Assembly (NCBI GenBank): GCA_002269645.1 | Contig: NIVC01000885.1 | Location: forward strand, 1 to 64,000 | DNA: 64,000 bases | Direction: 5' to 3' | Source: Macrostomum lignano | Taxonomy: Eukaryota | Part shown: one piece after another, positions 51,401-63,339 of the stretch | Layout of the letters: every line of letters starts with the position of its first letter | Numbering within the stretch: position 1 is the stretch's first letter | The notes under the pieces: generated by a model | The model's input: only the letters and a program-made list of their open reading frames with translations | What the model was told of the DNA's origin: nothing | Databases searched by the model: none | Made by a program: the position numbers and the translations under genes

Positions 51401-52685
51401 GTAAAAATCATAGAAGCGTCATGTAAAATCATAGAAGCGTCATGTAAAAATCATAGAAGCGTCATGTAAAATCGTAGAATCGTCCTGCCAAAATCGTAGA
51501 AGCGTCATGTAAAAAATCATAGAAGCGTCATGTAAAAATCATAGAAGCGTCATGTAAAATCATAGAATCATCCTGCCAAAATCGTAGAAGCGTCATGTAA
51601 AAAATCCTTGAAGCGTCATGTAAACAATCATAGAAGCGTCATGAAACAATCATAGAAGCGTCATGTAAACAATCATAGAAGCGTCATGTAAAAATCATAG
51701 AAGCGTCATGTAAAATCATAGAATCATCCTGCCAAAATCGTAGAAGCGTCATGTAAAAAATCCTTGAAGCGTCATGTAAACAATCATAGAAGCGTCATGA
51801 AACAATCATAGAAGCGTCATGTAAACAATCATAGAAGCGTCATGTAAACAATCATAGAAGCGCCATGTAAAAATCATAGAAGCATCATGTAAACAATCAT
51901 AGAAGCGTCATATAAAAATCATAGAAGCGTTATGTAAAAATGATAGAAGCGTCATATAAAAAATCATAGAAGGGTCATGTAAACAATCATAGAAGCGTCA
52001 TATAAAAATCATAGAAGCGTCATGTAAACAATCATAGAAGCGTCATGAAACAATCATAGAAGCGTCATGTAAACAATCATAGAAGCGCCATGTAAAAAAT
52101 CATAGAAGCGTCATGTAAACAATCATAGAAGCGTCATGTAAAAATCATAGAAGCGTCATATAAAAATCATAGATGCGTCATATAAAAATCATAGATGCGT
52201 CATGTAAACAATCATAGAAGCGTCATGTAAACAATCATAGAAGCGTCATGTAAACAATCATAGAAGCGTCATGTAAAAAATCATAGAAGCGTCATGTAAT
52301 GAATCATAGAAGCGTCATGTAAACAATCATAGAAGCGTCATGTAAAAAATCATAGAAGCGTCATGTAAAAATCATAGAAGCGTCATGTAAAAAATCATAA
52401 AAGCGTCATGTAAACAATCATAGAAGCGTCATGTAAAAAATCGTAGAAGCGTCATTTAAAAATCATAGAAAGCGTTATTTAAAAAAATCATAGAAGCGTC
52501 ATGTAAAAAATCATAGAAGCGTCATGTAAACAATCATAGAAGCGTCATGTAAAAAATCATAGAAGCGTCATGTAAAAATTATAGAAGCGTCAAGAAAAAA
52601 TCATAGAAGCGTCATGTAAAAAAAGTCATAGAAGCGTCATGTTAAAATCATAGAAGCGTCATGAAAAAATCATAGAAGCCTCATT
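48470..52685. repeat. 22-23-bp satellite (aatcatagaagcgtcatgtaaac)n, ~4.2 kb
   Basis: Same monomer as 37295-41270. Confidence 0.98.
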
Positions 52686-53583
52686 TAAAAACTAAGGAAA
52701 GTGTCATTTAAAAAATTAAGAAGCATCATGGTAGAATAAAAGAAGCGTCATGTCAGACATGAAGGGTGTCATGTAAAAATAAATGCAGCTATAATCCTGT
52801 GCTGGGGAGAAAAACTGAGACGTTAAGGCTCTCAGAGAATAACTGAGATTACGGGGGGGGGTTGCTGAGATGTCAAAGCAAAAGTCAGAAGCTACTTCAA
52901 AGTTCATGTACTTTACTCAATTTTTTTATTACATTCTTTGTTGGCTCGCCACGGGGGGGTCGCTGATAGAAGAAGAGTCATGTAAAAAATAAAAGTAGCA
53001 CTATGTATACATAAAAGAAAAGTCATGTCGAAGTTAAAAGATTCATTTGGGAATTGCTATGATGTCAAAGCTTGGAGGGAATCGTTACAGTGCTGTGATT
53101 CTTAAAGAAGGAATCACTAAAATGTCAAGGCTTAGGGGAGAAGAATTGCTGAGATTCAAGGCTTTAGGTTGGGTTAAAGTTAGGTTTAGGTCAGGTGTGG
53201 GTTGAGGGTTATATTTTATCGGGTTTCAGGGTTAACGGGGGATTTTTCAGATTTCAAGGTTTATGGAGGCCATCGCTGACATGTCAAGGCTTACGGGGGG
53301 AATAGCTGAGATGTCAAGGCTCACGGGGTATAAATGAGATTTCAAAGCTAAAGTCAGAAGCTACATGTAGTTTATTGAAAACTTTTTATTACATTATTTG
53401 ATGCCTCCTCAGGGGAGGGATCGCTGATAAAAAAAGCGTAATGTAAAAAATAAAAGAAGCTTCATGTCGAAGTTAAGAGATTCATTTGGGAATCCCTACG
53501 ATGTCGAGGCTTGCAGGAAATCGCTATAATGCTGTAGCAGTGCTATAATGACTCTTAGAGAGAATTACTGAAATGTCAATGCT

Positions 53584-53651
53584 TTAGGGTTAGGTTAGGG
53601 TTAGGGTTAGGGTTAGGGTTAGGGTTAGGGTTAGGCTAGGGTTAGGGTTAG
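53584..53651 (+). repeat. Interstitial telomere-like (TTAGGG)n
   Basis: Near-perfect TTAGGG run in the Helitron B tail. Confidence 0.9.
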
Positions 53652-54563
53652 AAGGTTGACAGATATTTTTAGATTTCCAAGGCTTATTGGGGGCATTGCT
53701 GAGATGTCAAGGGGGGGAGTTGATATGTTAAAGCTTGTGGTGGGGAATTACTGACATGTCAAGGCTTACAAGGTTTGACAGGAGATTTTTTAAGATTTCA
53801 AGGATATATGTAGCTTATTAAAAAAACGTGTAGCGATTGCATTTCTTTGGCTCCCCAACGGGGGGCGTAGATTGCTAGTAGTGTACTACAATCTCATCTA
53901 TCATACTACCAAATGAGTCATCTAATTATGTATAGCTCACATCGTATATGTGTACTCAGCAACATCGAAAAGTCGCCATCACAAAACATTCCGTCTGTGG
54001 TCGCCACTTTTGAGAGTGCAGGTAAAGTCTCTCAATCTTTGCGAGTGACGCAACTCAGTTACCCCCGCGGCAGACTTGAGTTGAGGAATGAAGTGGGGGA
54101 GCGGTGTGCGAGGGTTGGACGGATTAAAGCTACCCCGATCAGTTTTCTCGTGTCTTTTATTTCACAATAGTCCAAAAGAAATTGCTCACTGGCGCATAGA
54201 GTGGCCACTTTTCAATGTTGCTGAGTATATATTTCAATGTACATGCAGAGACAAATTTGAATAATACTGGTTGGAGTCTACATCGATACACGACGAAATT
54301 CCTACGGATTCCTACGACGACGGACCTCCATCGGCGCCTTGGCCTATGTACATGTACATCAGTGGTGTGATTGAGGCGCGAATACGCGATTTCTGAGGGC
54401 AGGCGCGAATTTTCGTCAAGCAGAGGCGCGATTTTTTTTTTTTATTTTCATTGTTAAGATAAAACAACAGACAGATGCAGTGGAGAGTCAGAGACAAGAA
54501 GGGGGAGTCAGAGAGACAGATGAGGGAGTCAGATAGATACAGGAAGCTAAACTGAAATTCCGA

Positions 54564-54750
54564 GGGGGCCGTAGCCCAGCGGTAGCGCAGCTGCTCTGGT
54601 GTGCCAGCGACCCAGTCTCGATTCCAAGTGCAGTCACATTAATTTGGGGCTGAATTGGAATCTCGGCTTGGCTCTGCTCGTGCAATTAACGGCCTTGAGA
54701 GCCAACCCCCCAAGGCGCAGTGAAGTGTACATGCCTAACGATAAAATAAA
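54564..54750 (+). mobile_element. tRNA-derived SINE
   Basis: ggggccg-TAGCCCAGCGG (A box) ... GTCTCGATTCC (degenerate B box) at tRNA-like spacing; A-rich end aacgataaaataaa. Confidence 0.5.
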
Positions 54751-56431
54751 GTTAGGGCCGCTGTACACTCCTGTGTGGGTGTGTGCCTGCGTAACGTATC
54801 CGCGCGCTTGTCATGTATGCCTGCTCAGGGGAGTCGGCGGAATGGGCAGTAATGCCTCTCGCCGGTTGTGTGCCAATGACGCTTAAAGTGCGCCAGGGTG
54901 CACACAACCCCCTGCCTCTAAAAAATCGTGCTTTAAGTACAAGCCTAATAAACAGGATAAACAGGACAAGAGTCAGAGTTAATGAAAGTTAGCGCGTTAC
55001 TGGCTTTTCCATCTCGTACTCGTAGAAATGTCTTTTGATTCGGTCATTCGAACCACTGCTGCGTGCTACCACTTGCACGAGCTCTGTACTATGTGCTATC
55101 AGCATCCGAGAAAGGAAATCCGTTGCGAATGCGCAAATTACCGAAAGATGACACTGGCGAAGCGCTGGTAGCAGCTACTGCCTACTGGAACCGGATATTG
55201 ACCCTAAAAATTAAATTACGGGGCCTACATGTGTGAGCTTGCACTTTACGGACGAGGCCTCCTAAAACAAAGCGCTACGGACAAAACATCCGCCTTTGCT
55301 GGGACGCCATCCCGCATCAAGAGCTGATGCTGCCTCAGCTCGTTCGAATAGACCCACTACAATCTGTGCAGAGAACTGATGAAGAGGCGGACGACATGTA
55401 GCCCCCAGTGCTGGAGCCAATTAAAGATCTATCTGCAGCCGAGCCTGCGACTTGCCTGCTGCCAGTGCTGTGGCAGAACAACCTTCAGCTACCAGGTTCT
55501 GCGCCGAGAGCAGGTGTTGCGGCTGAGAGCTCTCACCTCTGCAGCTGATTTGCGGATTCCAAGCGTGGGAGGCAACGATCAAGCGGCTGCAGCAGCAACT
55601 CTCGATGGTTAAGGCAAGTACAGCACTGTCGTGCATCCATGGACTGTGGAAGCGTGACTGGCGCAGCTTCCAGCGGTCGACTTGGCTGCACTCTGCCATC
55701 GGATACATCCTGGACCTTGAAGAGGTGCATTCGCCAGTTTTTTTTCATCTGTTGGGTCGTGCTGAATGCTGCCTCTGAATGCTGCGACTGGCGATCCTGT
55801 ACTTCGACAGCACGCTGCGAAAGTTTCACAAACTGATGACAGTGATGAGCAGATTTTTTTTTGCAAATAAAATCAATACGATTAGGTCGAGGTTGCGGTC
55901 GCCTCTTGAAGGCCTGAAGACTGATGGACTTTTCCTGATACTGTCTGTTTTTATATCTCTGTTTAAACTGATTTATAGCTACAAAAAGGTGTGCAAATGC
56001 TGTTTCGTTTTGACTGTGATATAGCGGCACATATTTGACAATGCAGAATTTACAAAATATTTATTTCAGATACTGCCGCTATATAATGCACATGTATGAT
56101 GTTTATTCTCTACAATATACTAGACCAATGAGTAGAAACTTCTTAAGTTGGACACTCTTGGTACGATTGTATTCCAATCACAGCAGAGTCAACTGGAAAT
56201 GGCGATTTTCTATGATTGACATGACAAATAATTTCATGGTGTACACGACGATTCTTTTGTTGGACATAAAAAATTTTTATAGCAGCTGCTTTGCTAATTC
56301 AGCTAATTTGCACTTACCTGAGGTAGAGGAACGGCCTCATTTAAATGGCATCTTGCATTTGGCATCCCTCGGATCCACCGCCTGCCAACCCGCAACTTTA
56401 TCCCCTATCGGTGTCGGTGTCGGTGTCGATG

Positions 56432-57200
56432 TCGGTGGGCACCTCGTCCGGACCAAGCGCTTTGCCGCCCGGCGACTGCCGAGCGAACTTCACAACGTCG
56501 GCTGTGCTGACTGGGGCAACGTTGAAGCTCTCCTCCGCCGGCAACGGCGTCTCCGGCGGCAGCCTCAGATTTTCTGGAAGCGGAGGGGGCGGCGCGTTGA
56601 CAATGGCGGCGAAGAACTCGCGCAGCTTGTTCCTGCGCTCATCCGGAGTGTCGCCTGCCAGGTTGAGCGCGATGCGCCGCTTTCGCCCCGTTAGAGTGTT
56701 GATGACGGACCAGGCCACGCGCCCTCTGGCATCGGGCCCTGCGGCAGAGACGGCTTGGATGGCGTCATCGACAGCGGACTGCTGCCGCTGCAGGTAGACA
56801 GCCGCCAGAGCCTCCTCCGCCTCGCGAGTTTGCCGCCCACTCAGACGGAGCCTCTCCAGATCTTCCCTCGCTTCGTCGATCGCGGGGTCGTCCTGCCAGA
56901 CCGGCTGCCCGCGCTGGGCCGGTCGCATCAGCGGGACTGCTTGCTCCGCAGCGGCTCGAACTGCAGCGCTCACCTCCGCGTACTCGGCTCCTCCACGCTT
57001 GTCGCCCAGCGCAGTGACAAAGGCACCGGCAAAGCGACGTCGCGTCTCGGCGTCCCTTAGCGCGCGGTAGTAGCGCCGCGGTGGCCGCTTTGGCGGACGG
57101 TAGAGCGGGTCCCGAAGCCGAAGGTCGCAGATGAGCAGCCGATGGTCGGACCGCAGAGCCAGCGGCGTAATGGTGCGGCAGTTGATGACGCGGCGGCGCC
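56432..57200 (-). pseudogene. Non-LTR retrotransposon ORF2 fragment (APE end, tether, pre-RT)
   Basis: SDHRLL endonuclease terminal motif, W..I..L.G, and KALGPDEVP. Truncated at both ends and more GC-rich than the flanks. Confidence 0.85.
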
Positions 57201-57552
57201 ACTATCCTCAGCAGCCTAGAACTTAATTAAGTCTGAAATAACTACCTAAGCAGTTTTCAGTTTGTCCCTTTGCAGTCTGCATGAATGATCCTTTCGCCAA
57301 TCTGCAGTTCCCCTCAGCAGTCTGCAGTTCTCCTCTCGGCGGGCTCCTCAGTATATTTAGCAAACTGAAATAAAGGATCCCTTCAAGAATCTTTTTTTCT
57401 CAGCATTTATTACAGTTCACTAATCAATTTTTGATACATATCGGCAGTTTTTTCCCAATTCAGTCTTATTAAATTTAGCAGCTTAGCAACTTCATACTTT
57501 CATAGAGCTAGTAGGCAATACCTAAGGCATACACTAATCTGGGCCGAGTGCT

Positions 57553-58860
57553 AATTCAGATTCCTCAGATTGGGGGTTCAGATTCCTCAGATTGGGGGTT
57601 CAGATTCCTCAGATTGGGGGTTCAGATTCCTCAGATTGGGGGTTCAGATTCCTCAGATTGGGGGTTCAGATTCCTCAGATTGGGGGTTCAGATTCCTCAG
57701 ATTGGGGGTTCAGATTCCTCAGATTGGGGGTTCAGATTCCTCAGGTTGGGTTCAGATTCCTCTGGTTGGGGGTTCAGATTCCTCTGGTTGGGGGTTCAGA
57801 TTCCTCAGGTAGGGTTCAGATTCCTCAGATTGGGGGTTCAGATTCCTCAGATTGGGGGTTCAGATTCCTCTTGTTGGGGGTTCAGATTCCTCAGATTGGG
57901 GGTTCAGATTCCTCAGGTAGGGTTCAGATTCCTCTGGTTGGGGGTTCAGATTCCTCAGGTTGGGGTTCAGATTCCTCTGGTTGAGGGTTCAGATTCCTCA
58001 GGTTGGGGTTCAGATTCCTCAGGTTGGGTTCAGATTCCTCAGGTTGGGGGTTCAGATTCCTCAGATTGGGGGTTCAGATTCCTCAGATTGGGGGTTCAGA
58101 TTCCTCAGATTGGGGGTTCAGATTCCTCAGATTGGGGGTTCAGATTCCTCAGGTAGGGTTCAGATTCCTCAGATTGGGGGTTCAGATTCCTCAGATTGGG
58201 GGTTCAGATTCCTCAGATTGGGGGTTCAGATTCCTCAGATTGGGGGTTCAGATTCCTCAGATTGGGGGTTCAGATTCCTCAGGTTGGGTTCAGATTCCTC
58301 TGGTTGGGGGTTCAGATTCCTCTGGTTGGGGGTTCAGATTCCTCAGGTAGGGTTCAGATTCCTCAGATTGGGGGTTCAGATTCCTCAGATTGGGGGTTCA
58401 GATTCCTCTTGTTGGGGGTTCAGATTCCTCAGATTGGGGGTTCAGATTCCTCAGGTAGGGTTCAGATTCCTCTGGTTGGGGGTTCAGATTCCTCAGGTTG
58501 GGGTTCAGATTCCTCTGGTTGAGGGTTCAGATTCCTCAGGTTGGGGTTCAGATTCCTCAGGTTGGGTTCAGATTCCTCAGGTTGGGGGTTCAGATTCCTC
58601 AGATTGGGGGTTCAGATTCCTCAGATTGGGGGTTCAGATTCCTCAGATTGGGGGTTCAGATTCCTCAGGTAGGGTTCAGATTCCTCTGGTTGGGGGTTCA
58701 GATTCCTCAGGTTGGGGTTCAGATTCCTCTGGTTGGGGGTTCAGATTCCTCAGGTTGGGGTTCAGATTCCTCAAGTTGGGTTCAGATTCCTCAAGTTGGG
58801 TTCAGATTCCTCAGGTTGGGGTTCAGATTCCTCATGTGGGGGGTCAGATTCCTTTTGTAG
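57553..58860. repeat. 22-bp minisatellite (gggggttcagattcctcagatt)n
   Basis: Tandem array with a duplicated variant block. Confidence 0.97.
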
Positions 58861-58993
58861 GGTTCAGTTTCCTCCAGGTCTTACATTCCTCAGACGAGGC
58901 TAAGATTTTTCAGGTCTTCTGATGTAACAGATTCCTCATCTGACGGGAGCAACAGATTTAAATCTTGATAATTTCGCTGTCAAGTCGGCTCAC

Positions 58994-59227
58994 TTGGGCG
59001 ATGTTGGCGGTGTCAACATTATCCGATTCTTCCCCGCTCAGCAGCTGATTCATCGCAGCATCTGCTTCGTCCCCTTCTGCATCATCTGGGACTTCGGCGT
59101 CGCCTGGCTGTGGTGGAGCAGCTTGAAGCCGCTCAATAAGCTCTTGCTTGTTTCCCGAAACCGGTAGGCCATTGTCTCTTAGGGCCGCTCGCAGTTGGGC
59201 TACTGTTAACCGGTCGAGATCAGACAT
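58994..59227 (-). CDS. SAP-domain protein, first coding exon
   Basis: LTVAQLRAALRDNGLPVSGNKQELIERL fits the SAP motif. caa|gtgagc donor; tttttttag acceptor 24 nt upstream of the ATG. Downstream exon uncertain. Confidence 0.65.
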
Positions 59228-59444
59228 GGCGCCAGATGAAAAATCTTAGAGCTAAAAAAATTGAGCTCACGCAGGCAGCCAAAAAATGACAAGTCGCCTG
59301 TACTTCACAAATGCACAGTTGCTCGAATGACCAAATCGCATGACCACACTCACCTAGGCTCACTTTACAGGGCTGCGTCAGCATCTGGGTTCCCCCAACA
59401 CTAACCGCGTGCACACGACATTGGTGGGAGGGGCGGGAATCCCT

Positions 59445-59690
59445 CGCCGGATGTACACTCGCTGGAGGCCCACCCTGCTGGATGTACACTCGCTGGAGGC
59501 CCACCCCGCTGGAGGTACACTCGCTGGAGGCCCACCCTGCTGGAGGTACACTCGCTGGACGCCCACCCTGCCGGATGTACACTTGCTGGAGGCCCACCCC
59601 GCTGGAGGTACACCTGGACCCCGCTGGAGGTACACTCACTGGACGCCCACCCCGCTGGAGGTACACCCCGGGGGAGGTGGTACACCCCGA
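59445..59690. repeat. ~31-bp minisatellite (gctggaggcccaccctgctggatgtacactc)n
   Basis: Tandem array. Confidence 0.9.
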
Positions 59691-60046
59691 GGGAGCACCT
59701 TGCCGCGTCGGTGCTAGAGGCCGACATCAGCCCGACGGACCTTCGCAAAACGACCCTATCTGCCAGTTTATAGTAGTTTTGTCAAAGAGAAAAGAATTAT
59801 TATTTTATTTGTTACTTTTAACAGAAATTTTTTTCTCCATTTTTTTCTTCCAGCCGCCTCTGCCGCCGCGTCCGCCCGTGGTGCTCACGAGTCCTTGTCG
59901 TTACTCCTGAAATGTTGGTTTACTAAAAGATTATAAATTCTGTAACATAATATATGATTACATCATAATTGCTATAAGCTAAAGCTGATGTCTTGCTAAT
60001 TGGGAGTCTGCTTTTGGGGTTTGTTTGCCTCATAAAAAAAGAAATA

Positions 60047-61398
60047 CTTCGCCTGTCCGGAAAGTCGTGAGAATGTGTCAGTCAAGCAAGAAAGCAGCAA
60101 GCTGATGACATGGCACACATAAAATTTCAATAATAGACTTATATATGTCTATGGTGAAAATTTTTGTTATTCTAGCAGCAAAATTGGGGGCAGGGGCGAG
60201 CTCAGCATAAAGTGCTCAATAACCAATGCAACGCGGTGATCAAGCTTGAAAAATTTAATAGCGAGTTCGTCAAAATGGAAGATTTCCAGGCTTATGCCAA
60301 CGCTAGATACCGTCTTGGAATCTCTGCTATTAGTTGTTATGACGAACTACTTAAAGTTTATGGAGATGCCGCACCAGGTCAGTCAACGGTTTACAGATGG
60401 TACTCAAAGTTCCGTGATGAAGCATTTCCCCTGGCCTCAGCTCCTCGGACTGGCCGGCCACGGTCAACAAGGACAACGGAACTGATCGAAACCTGCCGAG
60501 CTCTCGTTGAAGAGGATTCAAAAGTTAGTGTCCGAGACCTCGCCGACTTTTTGGAAGTTGGTAAAACAACAGTGCACGAAATTTTGACCGAGGATTTGCA
60601 CCTTCGAAACGTTTCTGCCGTCTGGGTTCCTCATGCTCTATCCGAGGAGAACAAGACTGCTCGCATCAATTGTGCCAAGCAAATCCGCAGGCTTTTTTAC
60701 AACGAGGGGGTGGAAAACTTTTGCGACAAGTACGTGGTGGAAGATGAGACGTGGGTGTACCTGAACAACACTGGCACAAAGCAAAACAACAGGTGCTGGC
60801 TTGGCCAAGGAGATCATCGGCCCCAGGTTGTCAGGCACTCGGTCGGGAATGCAAAGACAATGCTTCTGGTTGCTTTCACTCCAAGCAAGCGCTTCTCCAT
60901 TAAATCCACAGCCCCGAAGCAAACTGTTGATGCAGATGGCATAGTTGAATTCATTCGGCACACGGGAGACCTATGGCGTACTCTGAGGTCAAAGCCAATT
61001 CACCTGTCGGATGTTCTTTGGCAGTGGGACAATGCGCGACCTCACGTAGCCCGTTCTGTGCAGCAGTACATGGAGTCCCGTGGAGTTCAGCTGGTGTTTC
61101 AGAGTCCCTACAGCCCAGACTTCAATCTGTGCGACCGTTTTTTGTTCAGTTGGATGAAGAATGATCTCTCCAGGCGAGTATTCAGCGACCACAATGAAGT
61201 TCGAGAAGCTGCGTTGCAGTGGGCAAGAAGCCTTGACGAAGATTGTTTAAAAAGAGAGGTTCAGCGACTCGTTGACCATTGCCAAGCTGTAATCAATGCA
61301 AGGGGAGATTACATTGCCAACTAGTGCTGTTATCGTGTTTTTTGATAGTTCTGACTGGTTTTTTAAATACATTCTCGCGACTTTCCGGACAGCCGAAG
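60047..61398 (+). mobile_element. Full-length mariner transposon (1352 bp)
   Basis: 30-bp TIRs cttcgcctgtccggaaagtcgtgagaatgt with 2 mismatches; TA at 60045-60046 and 61399-61400. Confidence 0.95.
60275..61324 (+). CDS. Mariner DD34D transposase, 349 aa, intact
   Basis: HTH region, WVPHAL, DETW, DNARPH and YSPDFNLCD; 34 residues between the 2nd and 3rd Asp. Confidence 0.95.
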   Translation: MEDFQAYANARYRLGISAISCYDELLKVYGDAAPGQSTVYRWYSKFRDEAFPLASAPRTGRPRSTRTTELIETCRALVEEDSKVSVRDLADFLEVGKTTVHEILTEDLHLRNVSAVWVPHALSEENKTARINCAKQIRRLFYNEGVENFCDKYVVEDETWVYLNNTGTKQNNRCWLGQGDHRPQVVRHSVGNAKTMLLVAFTPSKRFSIKSTAPKQTVDADGIVEFIRHTGDLWRTLRSKPIHLSDVLWQWDNARPHVARSVQQYMESRGVQLVFQSPYSPDFNLCDRFLFSWMKNDLSRRVFSDHNEVREAALQWARSLDEDCLKREVQRLVDHCQAVINARGDYIAN

Positions 61399-61984
61399 TA
61401 CAAACTGAATATGTCAGTTTCAAGGTGCCGGGTTGAATCACTCATAATGACCAATGGGTTTGTATTTTGCGTTTTTTTTCGAAAGTCCGGTACCCTGAGC
61501 CAATCGGAGAGACTGACAAGTATGGACTTTCCGCAAGGCACGCGTTGCCCCCCCCCCTCCCCCAGAGACCTGCGAGAATGCCAGAAAACAACTCGTAGTT
61601 GCACAGCGCGTATTTAAGTTGCGGGTTTACCTTGCGCTTCCGCTTGGCAGCCCGGGCCTCCCTCGCCGGCTGCGTTTGCAGCCGTCGCTTCTCCTTCTGC
61701 GTCAGCGGCGGCGGCGGCGGCGGGGATGTCGGCGGCGGTGGCGGAGATGTCGGCGGCGGTGGCGGAGATGTCGGCGGCGGCGGCGGAGGTGTCGGCGGAT
61801 GCGGATCGAGGTGTCGGCAGTGGCGATGTCAGCGGTGGCAGCGGCTCTATCTTCGCCTCTTGCAAAGCTAAAATTGATAGAAAACGTAAGTGACTTAGAT
61901 ATTTGAAAAGGCAACCATTGCTAAAAGTGTGCTTTAAAGAATGCTCAGATAAAAAAGCAAGCCGAAAACCGAAGGCAAAGCAAA

Positions 61985-62130
61985 GCAGGGTGGCTAGGTG
62001 GGGAGTTGGGTGGCTAGGTGGGCAGTTGGGTGGCTAGGTGGGCAGTTGGGTGGCTAGGTGGGCAGTTGGGTGGCTAGGTGGGCAGTTGGGTGGCTAGGTG
62101 GGCAGTTGGGTGGCTAGGTGGGGAGTTGGC
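61985..62130. repeat. 20-bp minisatellite (gggtggctaggtgggcagtt)n
   Basis: Tandem array. Confidence 0.93.
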
Positions 62131-63339
62131 TAGATGTTGGCTAGTTTTTTATTTTTTGTGGGATAATCATTTCTGTTCACAAAATGATTCCAGGGCTGTC
62201 TATTGTCGCGCCAGTCTGCTACTGAGCTGGCAGAAGTTGAGTGGTGCCCCTTGCACCATTTAAGCTGCTGCCAAAATTTGCTGGCCAATACGTGCCGTAG
62301 GAAACATTGTCCAAGAGAAAATGATTTCTACGCAATCTGCAATAGGCCAGGCTGCTTTTGGGGGCAAAATTCATGGTGCGAGGGGCCAGTTGTGCCAGCT
62401 CCAGCGCCAGCTCCCCGCTGTTCCGCTGGCAAGGTGCCGAGCCTTGCCACGCTGGCCAGTCTGGCAACACGCAGCAGCGGCCCGCCGCCACTGCACTTGT
62501 GCAGTTGTGGTTTGGGAAAGGTCTTGGTCACTGACCTGTAAAAACGTGATCCCTTCTGAACGTTAAAACGGCCCTTTTCAGGGCCACCAAATTCGTGATT
62601 CTTGCGTTTAGTCAACTCTTTTAACTCCGCCATTGCCGGTCCCCAGCCCGGATGAAAAAGGAGGAGGGAAAGAAAATATACACATGCTCACGTTCGTGTC
62701 ACTGTTTTTCTGTTTTCTGTTTTGATAAAACTGTCTTGCCATTTTCCACTTGAAATGTTTCATTATGCTTTTTGTCTTTCTTATTATTCAAAATCTTTTT
62801 AGTTGTTTCTAAATCAGTTTCCATCACAAAATTAAAGTATTATAGTAGTTTAATAATTTATTTGCTTTGTTTCAGCCCATTATACCAAACCACTGTTTCA
62901 GCTGGCCAACTTATTTAGCTCTCTATTTTATGATAACATGTATTCTGTAGTCCTTCAACATTATTTTGGTTCGAGTGCCGCCGCTCTAATCTTGAGGTGC
63001 CAATGTTTAGAGTTCATAGTCCCCAGACTGAGAGTCCCCTTTCACGACAATAAATAATTAGTTAATGATCGGAGGCTGAGCTTTACGGGCATGAATTCAA
63101 GGTAGTAGAGCACCGGCCGGGTCGCATACACGTAGCCCTAGCAACATTTAAACCGTCACCAATTCGCCACTCAACATGTAGAACCAACTTCGGGCACTTC
63201 CGGCACTGCGAGTTCACTCGATTCAGTTGAAGGGTAGGCAGAGGCAGAGAGCCAGCATTCTGCCTTAAACTGACTGACTGAATTCATTCTCATAGCATCG
63301 CTCTATGCAAATAAGCCTGTCAGCCTCGTCAGCTGTTAT

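Larger units (their letters stand above)
47887..53878 (+). mobile_element. Non-autonomous Helitron B (full length)
   Basis: 5' TCCTATATACTAAAA plus (TA)n; ~400-bp core homologous to 44500-44900; 3' hairpin then CTAG|T at 53875-53879. Confidence 0.85.

Noticed and set aside
37295-52685. CRISPR-like or regulatory array (many TGACG half-CRE sites)
   Set aside because: No unique spacers, eukaryotic context and no cas genes. The motif density is a by-product of the monomer.
57548-58922. Multiple GVQIPQ ORFs
   Set aside because: 22-bp minisatellite.
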